A stretch of DNA of 64,000 nt from Dehalococcoidia bacterium (GTDB lineage: Bacteria; Chloroflexota; Dehalococcoidia; Dehalococcoidales; Fen-1064): assembly GCA_011171075.1 (NCBI GenBank), contig DUFD01000038.1, forward strand, positions 6,005 to 70,004. Direction: 5' to 3'. The notes beneath the pieces were generated by a model that saw only the letters and a list, made by a program, of their open reading frames with translations, searched no databases and was not told the origin of the DNA. The translations under genes and the position numbers were made by a program. This document shows positions 46,819 through 55,863 of the stretch, piece by piece (position 1 is the first letter of the stretch; each line of letters opens with the position of its first letter).

Positions 46819-47298
46819 CTAGTCTATATCGATTAACAACCAATCCACCGGCTGATGCTGAATGAACTCTTCTTGAATGTGCCTCAGTATCCGCCTTTGC
46901 CCTGTGAACGGCACCTTAAGCAACGCTTCTTCAAAAGTGAACCACCTGGACTCGCTGTGCTCTTCATTGATGGTAACCGCTGCATTGTCCGATACATACG
47001 CCACAAAGACCGGGGCAATCCAGATTGAATCCTTATCTACTTCGTAGAACTGCTCACAGGTATCAGCAGAATAGAGTTTTTCCGGGGTTAGTCCGGTCTC
47101 CTCTTTTATCTCCCTCAAGACTGCCTGCCACGCTTTCTCACCTGATTCTATCTTACCGCTGACTCCGGCCCATATACCCTGAACAGCTTTCTTCCGCTTC
47201 AAAAGGAGCACACGATAGCCATCGTTTTCTTTCTTAAGCAGAAACGCCGAAACCCCATAGCATCTGATTGGTATTTCCTGAGCCATGTTTTCAGACAA
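46819..47298 (-). CDS. NUDIX hydrolase
   Basis: Nudix box GVSGKIESGEKAWQAVLREIKEETGL. Confidence 0.8.
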   Translation of the reverse strand: MSENMAQEIPIRCYGVSAFLLKKENDGYRVLLLKRKKAVQGIWAGVSGKIESGEKAWQAVLREIKEETGLTPEKLYSADTCEQFYEVDKDSIWIAPVFVAYVSDNAAVTINEEHSESRWFTFEEALLKVPFTGQRRILRHIQEEFIQHQPVDWLLIDID

Positions 47299-47355
47299 TC
47301 CCGGTCACTGGAAATTCGAAGAGGGCTTATAACAATTAAAGATGGTCAAGGGGCT

Positions 47356-47808
47356 TTATGAACTGAGCAATTCAGTAACGATGTCGTTTATCTCTCGTCC
47401 GTCGGCCTTACCCTTGAACTGGGCGATAAGCCGGGGCATAACCTTGCCCTTGTCACGCGGTCCTGCTGCCCCGACCTCGGCAATAATCTGCTGCGCTGCC
47501 GACACAATTTCATCACGACTGGCCTGCTGGGGCAGGTATTCCTGGAGGATAGCCAGCTCTGCTTCTTCCTTGTCAACAAGGTCCTGGCGCCCTCCCTGCT
47601 TGAAGGCTTCGATGCTCTCCTCGCGCTGCCGTGCTTCTTTGGCAATAACACCAATGACATCGGACTCTTCAAGGTCAGCGTGCTTGGCTATTTCCGCATT
47701 CTTGATGGCCGACATTACAAGACGAATCACGTTACGTCTGGTGATATCGCCACCTTTCATAGCCTGCTTGAGATCGCCAGTCAGTCTTTCCTTTAACGAT
47801 GTTTCCAC
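47356..47808 (-). CDS. GatB/YqeY domain protein
   Basis: LKERLTGDLKQAMKGGD...RLVMSAIKNAEI..., 150 aa, typical YqeY. Confidence 0.85.
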   Translation of the reverse strand: METSLKERLTGDLKQAMKGGDITRRNVIRLVMSAIKNAEIAKHADLEESDVIGVIAKEARQREESIEAFKQGGRQDLVDKEEAELAILQEYLPQQASRDEIVSAAQQIIAEVGAAGPRDKGKVMPRLIAQFKGKADGREINDIVTELLSS

Positions 47809-47826
47809 GCTATCCTGCCAGTTCCG

Positions 47827-48018
47827 CTACCGCTTTCTCTGGGTTCGGGCGCTCTTACGCCTCTTGGCAGCCGCTTTACGTTTGCGTTTGACACTTGGCT
47901 TCTCGAAGTATTCGCGGTGGCGTACCTCAGATAGAATACCATCCTGCTGAACCTTTCTGGTAAACCGTTTCAGCAGGCTCTCGAAGCTCTCGTTGCTACC
48001 AGCAACTACATTGGTCAC
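47827..48018 (-). CDS. rpsU: 30S ribosomal protein S21
   Basis: ESFESLLKRFTRKVQQDGILSEVRHREYFEKPSVKRKRK. Confidence 0.9.
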   Translation of the reverse strand: MTNVVAGSNESFESLLKRFTRKVQQDGILSEVRHREYFEKPSVKRKRKAAAKRRKSARTQRKR

Positions 48019-48162
48019 CTACTACCGACCTCCTTCAGGGTGCACTATGAGATTAGGCCACAATCAGTCTGCCGACCCCGCAGAATGATATTTTAATTAG
48101 CTTACCATAGCTATGTCAAGAATCTGCAGAAAGAAGCACGGTTTGTATCACTCACAGGCCTG

Positions 48163-49554
48163 CTAACGCCCCGCCCGACCCAGTATCTCGCGGGCAGCAA
48201 CCACACCAGAGGCTGATGCCTGAATGAGGCCACGGCTAATTCCGGCACCGTCACCAGCGGCAAACATATTACTGACCTCGGTTTCCAGGCCAGGGCTAAG
48301 CTGTAGGCGCCCGGAGTAGAACTTCACCTCGACCCCGTAGAGCAGGGTATCACCTGAAGCCACACCCGGAATCAGTTTGTCCATCGCTTTGAGCATGTCA
48401 ATAATACCGGCGAGGTGCCGGTAAGGCAGGACGAAACTCAGGTCACCGGGTGTGGCACTGATAAGAGTCGGACGCACCCCTCCTTTTTCAATGCGGACAG
48501 GGGTGGAACGCCGGCCCTGCATCAGGTCACCGAAGCGCTGTACCAGTACGCCACCACTAAGCATATTGGCCAGTCGCGCCAGGTACTTCCCGTAGGCAAT
48601 CGGCTCATGGAAAGGCTCTGTAAAGTTGGTACTCATCAGGAGGGCGAAATTGGTGTTATCACTCTTACGCTCTGCATAGCTATGTCCGTTCACAGTTATT
48701 ACCGGGTCGGACCCGCCGGTGGACTCCAGGATTACTTCGCCATCCGGGCACATACAGAACGTCCGGATTCTATCCTCAAAGGTCGGAGAGAGGTATTCGA
48801 GCTTTGCCTCGTACAGGATATTACAGAAATCCTCCATGACCTCCTTAGGTACCTCGACACGTACGCCGACATCGACGGGATTATTATGCAGCGTCAGACC
48901 AAGCTGCTCCGCCTTATGAGATAACCAATCTGCCCCTTCTCTACCGGGTGCGAGAACCAGGTAATCACACTGGTAGCTTTCATTTCTCTCGGTCACAATA
49001 CCAGTCACGCGACCGTTATCAACGCAAATATCGGAGACTGTGGTACCAAGTGTAAGGGTAAGACGCGAACCAAGATAGTCACGCATGGCCGTAAGTACAG
49101 AACGACAGTGCTCCGTGCCCAGATGACGGAGGGGCATCGGCTTCAGGCGTAGGTCTACCAGCAATGCCTGATGACACAACCGGTCGATATCCTCACCCAC
49201 CCCGTAGAGCTTATCCGGAGCACCAAAACGGCAATAGGTCTCATCAACATATTTTATGAGGTCGACGGTACTCTCTTCACCGATATATTCGGCCAGACGG
49301 CCACCGACATCGGCAGACAGGGTCAGCTTACCGTCGCTGAAGGCCCCGGCACCACCAAGACCACAGACCAGATTACAGGGGTCGCAGGTAATACACTGGC
49401 TTTCCCTGTCACGCGCCGGACACTGACGGCCATCAATATCGCGTCCCTTCTCAACGAGCAAGATGCTCAGGTCAGGAGTCTGCACCAGTTCCAGGGCAGC
49501 AAAGATACCCGCCGGGCCCCCACCAACGATGATAACGTCGTACTTCTTCGCCAT
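48163..49554 (-). CDS. FAD-dependent dehydrogenase (COG2509-like)
   Basis: The ATG at 49554 gives MAKKYDVIIVGGGPAGIFAALEL. C-terminal FAAGDGAGISRG. Confidence 0.7.
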   Translation of the reverse strand: MAKKYDVIIVGGGPAGIFAALELVQTPDLSILLVEKGRDIDGRQCPARDRESQCITCDPCNLVCGLGGAGAFSDGKLTLSADVGGRLAEYIGEESTVDLIKYVDETYCRFGAPDKLYGVGEDIDRLCHQALLVDLRLKPMPLRHLGTEHCRSVLTAMRDYLGSRLTLTLGTTVSDICVDNGRVTGIVTERNESYQCDYLVLAPGREGADWLSHKAEQLGLTLHNNPVDVGVRVEVPKEVMEDFCNILYEAKLEYLSPTFEDRIRTFCMCPDGEVILESTGGSDPVITVNGHSYAERKSDNTNFALLMSTNFTEPFHEPIAYGKYLARLANMLSGGVLVQRFGDLMQGRRSTPVRIEKGGVRPTLISATPGDLSFVLPYRHLAGIIDMLKAMDKLIPGVASGDTLLYGVEVKFYSGRLQLSPGLETEVSNMFAAGDGAGISRGLIQASASGVVAAREILGRAGR

Positions 49555-49682
49555 AGTGCTTCTACTTCGCACTGTCATTTTATAACTGGCTCTCCTGAGC
49601 GTCAAGGAGGCTGAATATTAACCCAAAAGAATACAAGATTAGTGAGTAATACAGATTGACATTTGTCAGTCGGAGAATTACA

Positions 49683-50078
49683 ATGCTCGTGATGGACAAC
49701 ACAGACAAGAATCACATTGGCACAATCCTAAAACAGCAAAGGATAAGTTTGCCGCTAACACTCCAGGAGTTGGCCGGTAAAGCGAAGGTATCCGCCTCAC
49801 ATCTCGGGCGAATAGAGCGAGGGGAGCGTTTTCCGTCGGCCCATATCCTGCGAAAGATTGCTGCGCCCTTGGGTTTCGAGGAGAATGAACTCTTCACACT
49901 GGCCGGCTACCTGTCATCGGCATCACCACAGGCAGCAGAGAGAACGCCGTCCTACGGCAGTGGACAACTGGATCCCTACGTTGCCAGGGTTCTCAGCCAG
50001 GAACCGCCCGAGGTGCAGCGCGCCGTCATCGGCATTCTCACCATGCTGAGGAGCATCGCCAAGAGCATGGATAAATAA
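49683..50078 (+). CDS. XRE-family helix-turn-helix regulator
   Basis: IGTILKQQRISLPLTLQELAGKAKVSASHLGRIERGERFPS. Start uncertain: 49656 TTG, 49683 ATG or 49692 ATG. Confidence 0.7.
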   Translation: MLVMDNTDKNHIGTILKQQRISLPLTLQELAGKAKVSASHLGRIERGERFPSAHILRKIAAPLGFEENELFTLAGYLSSASPQAAERTPSYGSGQLDPYVARVLSQEPPEVQRAVIGILTMLRSIAKSMDK

Positions 50079-50240
50079 AAACCCTCGCATAATCCAGTAC
50101 CATTAGTGGTATAATTTGACTATGGGAAAACCCTTCACAGTACTGGCAGTTCTAATTATAGCGATTGGATTGCCGGCATTTTGATTTGACTTCAGACAAG
50201 TGGCGAGGGGATAATCCTGAAATAACTGCTGGCGAATGAA

Positions 50241-50942
50241 GTGAGCAATCAGGAAAGAGACCAGGTAGACTATGTCGCGGCGATGACGCATGAGCTCAAA
50301 ACTTCCCTGACCGCCATACTTGCCTCAGCCGAGCTCATCGCCGATGAACTACACCCCGATGAAGGCAGTGTGCAGTGGAAGCTCCTCCAGGCTATCATAC
50401 GTAATGCCCACCGCCTCGATGAGAGAATAACAGCCTTTGCACAAATGCCCAGACAGTCAGTACAGGACTTTCAGTTCCGCCCTGAATCCCTTGACATCGG
50501 GCAAACAGTACGCGATGTAGTGGCCAGGATTCATCCCCGCATCCAGGCACGACGGCAGACGCTTGAACTGGAGATACCGGACTCCTTGCCTCTGATAAAA
50601 GCCGATAGACAGCACCTGGAACAGGTACTACTCCTCCTTACGGCTAACGCGACGAAGTTCTCTCCTGAGGGAGGCAAAATCACGATAGCCTCCTGGCAAA
50701 AGGACAGGGGAACGATGGTGGTTCGGATAAGCGATACCTGCGGTGGGATACCGGTTGAGGAACACGAACTGATATTCAAGCCCCACTACCAGATTGGCCG
50801 GAGTGATGGTGAAGGAGGACTGGGGCTGACCATTGCCAAGTTTCTTGTCGAGCTTAATGGTGGTAAGATATGGTTGGAGAGTAAGAGCGGATATGGCTGC
50901 AGCTTCTTTTTCTCATTGCCCCTCTTCAGGAGGACGGATTGA
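50241..50942 (+). CDS. HisKA/HATPase_c histidine kinase core without TM or sensor region (GTG start)
   Basis: H-box MTHELKTSL, N-box LLLTANATKFS, G-boxes DTCGGIP and GGLGLTI. Confidence 0.8.
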   Translation: MSNQERDQVDYVAAMTHELKTSLTAILASAELIADELHPDEGSVQWKLLQAIIRNAHRLDERITAFAQMPRQSVQDFQFRPESLDIGQTVRDVVARIHPRIQARRQTLELEIPDSLPLIKADRQHLEQVLLLLTANATKFSPEGGKITIASWQKDRGTMVVRISDTCGGIPVEEHELIFKPHYQIGRSDGEGGLGLTIAKFLVELNGGKIWLESKSGYGCSFFFSLPLFRRTD

Positions 50943-51634
50943 AAGTAGTTGTTATTGACGATGCGCCGGATATCGTGGAGGTTGTCTCACTATGCTTCCA
51001 GCTCCGCTGGAGCGGTACCGATGTACTCCCGGCCTATAATGGTACCAGTGGACTGGAACTGGTTGAAACGGAGAGTCCTGACATGGTCATTTTGGACATC
51101 AACCTGCCTGACATGGACGGATTCCAGGTAATCCGTGAGATACGGCGTTTCTCACAGGTACCGGTGATTATGCTGACGGTCAAGGGAGAAGATGTGGACA
51201 TTGCCCGAGGACTCGAGCTCGGGGCTGACGACTATATGGTGAAGCCGTTCAGTCATATTGAGCTTATTGCCAGGGTGGAAGCCGTATTACGTCGTTCAAG
51301 GGGAATACCGACCAGCAGTGACGAACGGCCCTATGTGAGCGGCAACCTGTCCGTCAATTTCGTTACCAATGAGGTCAAAGTGGACGGTGAGCCGGTAAAG
51401 CTTACTTCCACCGAGATGAAACTGCTCCATCACCTCGTCAGGAATGAAGGACGCCTGATGACCCACGAGAACCTGCTGAGCAAGGTCTGGGGCGAAGGAT
51501 ACCAGGACACCCGCGACCTGCTCCGGGTGCATATCCAGCACCTGAGACAGAAGCTGGGTGACAGCGTGGAATCGCCCAAGATTATCATCACCGAGCATGG
51601 CATGGGTTATCGATTCGTTCGCCAGGATAATTGA
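50939..51634 (+). CDS. OmpR/PhoB-family response regulator
   Basis: VVVIDDAPD, MVILDINLPDMDG, IMLTVKG and KPF form a receiver. The winged-helix end is GMGYRF. The TTG start overlaps the kinase stop by 4 nt. Confidence 0.9.
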   Translation: MKVVVIDDAPDIVEVVSLCFQLRWSGTDVLPAYNGTSGLELVETESPDMVILDINLPDMDGFQVIREIRRFSQVPVIMLTVKGEDVDIARGLELGADDYMVKPFSHIELIARVEAVLRRSRGIPTSSDERPYVSGNLSVNFVTNEVKVDGEPVKLTSTEMKLLHHLVRNEGRLMTHENLLSKVWGEGYQDTRDLLRVHIQHLRQKLGDSVESPKIIITEHGMGYRFVRQDN

Positions 51635-51704
51635 CAGCCACAAGGCTGTGCAGAGTAACTGCGTCGCTCACATTATCCGGACACAGAAAGCAGCCTATCG
51701 CACC

Positions 51705-51722
51705 CGAATATGACCATATTCG
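51705..51722. promoter_or_regulatory. perfect 8-2-8 inverted repeat CGAATATG-AC-CATATTCG
   Basis: Read directly in the intergenic region. Confidence 0.5.
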
Positions 51723-51769
51723 CAGTCCCGCCTTCCCTTTCAGGATGGCCACCTGCCTGCCAGCCGTCC

Positions 51770-51802
51770 AAATCTTTATGAAATCTTTATGAAATCTTTA
51801 CA
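51770..51802 (+). promoter_or_regulatory. three tandem 11-bp direct repeats (AAATCTTTATG x2, AAATCTTTACA), candidate response-regulator binding site
   Basis: Read directly. One helical-turn periodicity, about 90 nt upstream of the 51891 start. Confidence 0.55.
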
Positions 51803-51890
51803 GAATGTTTAGGAACTTTATTCACCAGAGTAATACCGTATGTTTAAATTAGACTCGGAAGACCTATGAATTCAAGAAGGAGTCACTGAT

Positions 51891-52676
51891 ATGGATAGGA
51901 TCAGCGTGTTCCTGTCTGATTGGCAAGTGCTGTTTCGGGAGGGTATCCATTTTACACTGTCGGGTGAGGAGGATATAGATGTTATCGGTGAGGCAACGAA
52001 CAGTGATGACGCCCTGAAGGCAATCGAAGCAAATCCGCCGAGTATCGCTGTCCTGAACACGAACCACGAAGATATTGATGGTATTCAGGCAGCCGGTTAC
52101 CTGAGACGCCATTTCCCCGCCGTAGCCACAGTCCTCATCATGGATAGTGACAATGAGGAGCATCTCTTCCTGGCGATAAAAAATGGCGCCAGCGCCTGCC
52201 TTACCAAAGAGGTTGACCCCGCCGAACTGATTTACACCATCAAAGCGGTAGCCCGAGGCGAGCAGCCAATTACAGAAGCCCTGCTCAAACCGGAAATCGC
52301 TTCACGGGTACTGGATGAATTCGAGGAATTCGCCGTGATAGGTGAGCAGCTAAGAAACCTGCTGGCACGCCTCACTCCCGGCGAGACCGAAATCCTGCAT
52401 CATATCGCCAACGGAGCCCCACTCGACGAGGTCTACGAGACCCTCGGCATTAACGAGGATGGTATCCACCGCGCCTTCAGTATCATCCTGACTAAGCTGA
52501 TAACCAATGACCAGAGCCGGCAGGTGATAGCCGCTACACAGGGTGGGCTGTCACCGGCTATAAGAAGTCGTCTTGCCGGGCAGTTGGCCGAGGACTACGT
52601 TACCAGGGAAGAATTCACCGCCTTCAAAGAAAGCTTCCGGGAACGCCTCAAGTCAGCTATGGACGAGACTCGTTAG
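51891..52676 (+). CDS. atypical (pseudo-receiver) NarL/LuxR-family regulator with a C-terminal extension
   Basis: Receiver fold with the Lys retained (CLTKE), but the phospho-acceptor position reads AVLNTN. LuxR HTH LTPGETEILHHIANGAPLDEV...ILTKL. Confidence 0.7.
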   Translation: MDRISVFLSDWQVLFREGIHFTLSGEEDIDVIGEATNSDDALKAIEANPPSIAVLNTNHEDIDGIQAAGYLRRHFPAVATVLIMDSDNEEHLFLAIKNGASACLTKEVDPAELIYTIKAVARGEQPITEALLKPEIASRVLDEFEEFAVIGEQLRNLLARLTPGETEILHHIANGAPLDEVYETLGINEDGIHRAFSIILTKLITNDQSRQVIAATQGGLSPAIRSRLAGQLAEDYVTREEFTAFKESFRERLKSAMDETR

Positions 52677-52860
52677 AACAGAACCGCTGTAAATCCTGAG
52701 CTTCAAAGGGCTGGACGTCAGATGCCCAGCCCTTTTTATTATTTACACATTTTGCGTTATCGAAAAATTGCATTGCATCACAACGACTGTTGACTGTAAA
52801 ATAGGGCGGGATAACCCCCGGTGTGGTAGAATAGCCTGAATCCTCGTGGAGGGCTGAGAG

Positions 52861-53364
52861 ATGAAGATAAAGGGATTGATACTTTTAGTGCTGGCAGCCA
52901 CGCTGGCAGTAGCAGTCCCGATTGCGGCACAGGCTGCTAATGACGCCACGATAACCATCACCATGTCCGGCCCGACAGTCGCCATAGACATCGAGGTTGA
53001 ACCGGCCGAGTGGTCAATCGAGTCGGTACAGCTTAATTCTTCCTACACCAAGGACTTCACGCTGGTCAACCACAGCAGCGTCAGGGTAGACACGACGATA
53101 GCGGGCACTGATGCGGAAGGTTCGGGGCACAGATGGCGACTACGCGGGTTCCCCAGTAACAACGCGTACGAAATAGAATACGACATCGAAGGGCCAGGTG
53201 GCGACGGTAATATCACCACGACGCCAACAGACTTCGTGCAAGACCTGGCACAGGACCAGAGCAAGAACTTCTCACTGACAGTGAAAACACCCTCGAGCGG
53301 GGACTCCCCCGGAGGAGGTGAGGCACTACAGGCCACTGTAACGATACATGCGGTGCAGGGTTGA
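52861..53364 (+). CDS. secreted beta-rich protein
   Basis: Sec signal ...PIAAQA/AN. The mature part of about 140 aa is rich in T/V/I strands. Confidence 0.55.
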   Translation: MKIKGLILLVLAATLAVAVPIAAQAANDATITITMSGPTVAIDIEVEPAEWSIESVQLNSSYTKDFTLVNHSSVRVDTTIAGTDAEGSGHRWRLRGFPSNNAYEIEYDIEGPGGDGNITTTPTDFVQDLAQDQSKNFSLTVKTPSSGDSPGGGEALQATVTIHAVQG

Positions 53365-53370
53365 TGAACC

Positions 53371-53952
53371 GTGAACGGGAAAGGCTGGCTGAAGTGGGCA
53401 ATCGGCGTCCTGCTGGCTATCCTGACCATCTCATCTGCTCCCGCCCTGGCACAGGAAGCCGAAGGCTGGGCAATCTCACCAGGTGAGGCACGGATAGACG
53501 GTATTCTTCTCGGCGAGAGCGTAAACCTCTCTATCACTGTAGCCAATAACAAGGACTCGCCCCTGGCCTTTACCATGTCGGCGGAAATTCCTCCAGAGAG
53601 TGAACTCAGGCCGGGATACGAGCAAATCCCCGATACGAACTGGATTACATTTGATTCACCGCTTGTGGAACTGGATGCTCTTTCCCGTCAGGAGGTCATC
53701 GTTACCGTAACTATCCCGGCCAGCGGAGATTGGGGCGGCAGAAGTTACGAATGCTGGCTACGTGCTACTTCGGAGGCAATGGGCATGCTCCAAGTCGAGC
53801 TTGATTGTCGTCTTCTATTGTCTACCAGCGCGGCATATGCCAGGGGAATTGACTGGATTCTCGTGGGAGTAATCGCCGGTGTGGTGGTTGTCGCGGGAGC
53901 TATGGCATACAGCAACAGGAGGGCCATCAAGAGGTGGGCAGGCAGATGGTAA
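53371..53952 (+). CDS. secreted Ig-like (CARDB/NEW3-like) protein with a C-terminal TM anchor
   Basis: GTG start, signal ...PALA/QE, C-terminal helix ILVGVIAGVVVVAGAMAY plus a basic tail. Paralogue of the next gene. Confidence 0.55.
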   Translation: MNGKGWLKWAIGVLLAILTISSAPALAQEAEGWAISPGEARIDGILLGESVNLSITVANNKDSPLAFTMSAEIPPESELRPGYEQIPDTNWITFDSPLVELDALSRQEVIVTVTIPASGDWGGRSYECWLRATSEAMGMLQVELDCRLLLSTSAAYARGIDWILVGVIAGVVVVAGAMAYSNRRAIKRWAGRW

Positions 53953-54533
53953 GGCACATGCTCAGGGTTACCACCTTCACAGCAGTGGCAAACCTGCTGT
54001 TCATCCTGCTGTCTCTTTCTCCGGTGTTTGCCGGAAGCCTGGTCGTCTCCCCCAGTACCGTCGAGATGGAGGTGCTACCCGGCACCACCGGCAGGATGGT
54101 GCTTTCGGTGGAAAACGGGCTGGAACGGAGCTATAATTTCCGTTTCTCGCCGGGGCAATCCACCGACCCCATAGAAGGCTATGATAGCTTCCCCGACCTC
54201 TCCTGGCTCAGGATTATTGCAGGAGACACACTGCTAGCCCCCGGTGAAAGGACCTGGGCGACGGTGGAGATTACCATCCCCGGCGACGAAAACCTGGCAG
54301 GACAGAGGTGGGCAGTCAGTATCGACATCTCATGCACCGGGGAGCCCCTCCTCAATGATAGCTCTATAATTCTGGTAACGGTCGGACAGGCACATCCAGG
54401 GCGCCCGGACTGGCTTATCGGTGGCGGCATCATCGCTGTATCCATGCTCGGGGGTGTCGTCTGGACACGGTGGAGGGACAGACAGAGGGCTGAGTGGACT
54501 ACCGGTCTGAAGACCGGGCACTGGCTGGAATAA
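53934..54533 (+). CDS. secreted Ig-like (CARDB/NEW3-like) protein with a C-terminal TM anchor, paralogue
   Basis: Signal ...SPVFA/GS. Shares GY(E/D)xxPDxxW(I/L)...V(I/V)TIP...G(R/Q) with the previous gene. TM helix LIGGGIIAVSMLGGVVW. Confidence 0.55.
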   Translation: MGRQMVRHMLRVTTFTAVANLLFILLSLSPVFAGSLVVSPSTVEMEVLPGTTGRMVLSVENGLERSYNFRFSPGQSTDPIEGYDSFPDLSWLRIIAGDTLLAPGERTWATVEITIPGDENLAGQRWAVSIDISCTGEPLLNDSSIILVTVGQAHPGRPDWLIGGGIIAVSMLGGVVWTRWRDRQRAEWTTGLKTGHWLE

Positions 54534-54546
54534 GCGGACAAATACC

Positions 54547-55545
54547 ATGAAACGTAAGGAAAAAGAAAAAGAAGAGCAGCTTGCCCTGGCCAGCGCGCTT
54601 TCGCGGATTGTCATGACACGTGCGGATATCTTTGAGATGGGGCGCGAAGTTGTCTTCGAGTTGAAGCAGTTGATGCCTCTCAACTGGGTAACCATCGGCC
54701 TGATTGAGGAATCTAAGAACCTGCTCCACCTCTTTACTTTGCTGCCCAAAACAAGTACAGACCCAGGTCCAGGCGAAAGCATCCCGCTGGACGATACACC
54801 GGTCGACTGGCTTGTCAAGAACAAGAAAGCACTGCTGGAACCAGACCTGTTAGTTGAAAGCCGGTTCTGGACCGGTGACTACTGGCTCAACAAGGGACTG
54901 AGAACCATTGTCTATATGCCGCTTTTTTCCGGGGGCAAGGTCTTCGGAGGTCTTATCTTCGCCAGTACCCGCCCGCGCACTTATGGCGATAGGGAACTGA
55001 AGCTGCTCAGGTACGCCACGAGCCAGCTGGCATCGCCTATACGGTATTCCAGACTGTTCGCCCACATCATTGAAGGCAAACAGGACACCGTAGCAGAAGA
55101 CTGGATGACACGGACGGAGCAGACGCTACGCGAACTCACCGACGCCATCTCCGAGTACGCACTCCACCTTAAAAGCCACACCGCTGCCATTCAGGGCCTG
55201 AGCGAGGCCTCTCAGGAACTGAAAAACAGCGCCGCCGAGCAGAACAGAGTACTTGCCGACCTGGCAAACGCCATCACACGAACGCCGCCCGTAAAAGAAC
55301 CAGTTACTACCGGTGAACAAGAACCCCCACCACTACCTGTGAAGGATAGTTACCCGCCGGGCTGTTACAACAAACAGCGAAAGCCTGCCCGTGCGGAGAC
55401 ACTGGTCGAGAAGCAACGGAAGCTACTGGAGAAGAGAGGGGCCATTAAGAGACCGGTCCGTGGTAGCCAACCATATGATAAAGACGTTATCAGGACACCA
55501 TCCAGACCGCCTAGGTATAGACGGCAATTACCACCGCCTCTTTAG
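54547..55545 (+). CDS. GAF-domain protein with a coiled-coil and a Pro/Arg-rich tail
   Basis: GAF-like core (...VYMPLFSGGKVFGGLIFAS...ELKLLRYATSQLASPI), then helical and low-complexity sequence. Confidence 0.6.
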   Translation: MKRKEKEKEEQLALASALSRIVMTRADIFEMGREVVFELKQLMPLNWVTIGLIEESKNLLHLFTLLPKTSTDPGPGESIPLDDTPVDWLVKNKKALLEPDLLVESRFWTGDYWLNKGLRTIVYMPLFSGGKVFGGLIFASTRPRTYGDRELKLLRYATSQLASPIRYSRLFAHIIEGKQDTVAEDWMTRTEQTLRELTDAISEYALHLKSHTAAIQGLSEASQELKNSAAEQNRVLADLANAITRTPPVKEPVTTGEQEPPPLPVKDSYPPGCYNKQRKPARAETLVEKQRKLLEKRGAIKRPVRGSQPYDKDVIRTPSRPPRYRRQLPPPL

Positions 55546-55723
55546 CATTATACGCATCGAAAAAGACCACGGCCACTTTTCGACCCGTAACCATCTCTGC
55601 CGCCGATAGATTGCGGGCGACGGTGACCCCCTCCAGATAGACCTTGTGGCTGCCGGCAAGCTGCACGGTAGCCTTATAGCTACCGGAGTCGAAGCCTTTT
55701 AATATCGCTCTGCTTAAACTCAT
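55511..55723 (-). CDS. small phage-associated beta protein (possibly a gp138-N/OB-like spike module)
   Basis: 70 aa, KGFDSGSYKATVQLAGSH...VAVVFFD. Last gene of the structural module. Converges on and overlaps the GAF gene by 35 nt. Confidence 0.35.
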   Translation of the reverse strand: MSLSRAILKGFDSGSYKATVQLAGSHKVYLEGVTVARNLSAAEMVTGRKVAVVFFDAYNAKEAVVIAVYT

Positions 55724-55758
55724 CTTGGTCTACCAGTCCGTTTCCGATATTGAGGGAA

Positions 55759-55855
55759 CCCTCCCCCTTAATCCCCCTCCCTTAGAAAGGGAGGGGGAAG
55801 CTGTTTATTAGAGGGGCTTTGCCCCTCTAAAACTCCCCATCACAAGCGTAAAAGT
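55759..55855 (-). repeat. two-hairpin extragenic element, copy 2 (inverted relative to copy 1)
   Basis: CCCCCTCCCttagaaaGGGAGGGGG and AGAGGGGCtttGCCCCTCT. The reverse complement aligns with 40037-40135, including ACTTTTAC. Confidence 0.75.
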
Positions 55856-55863
55856 TGTATTCT

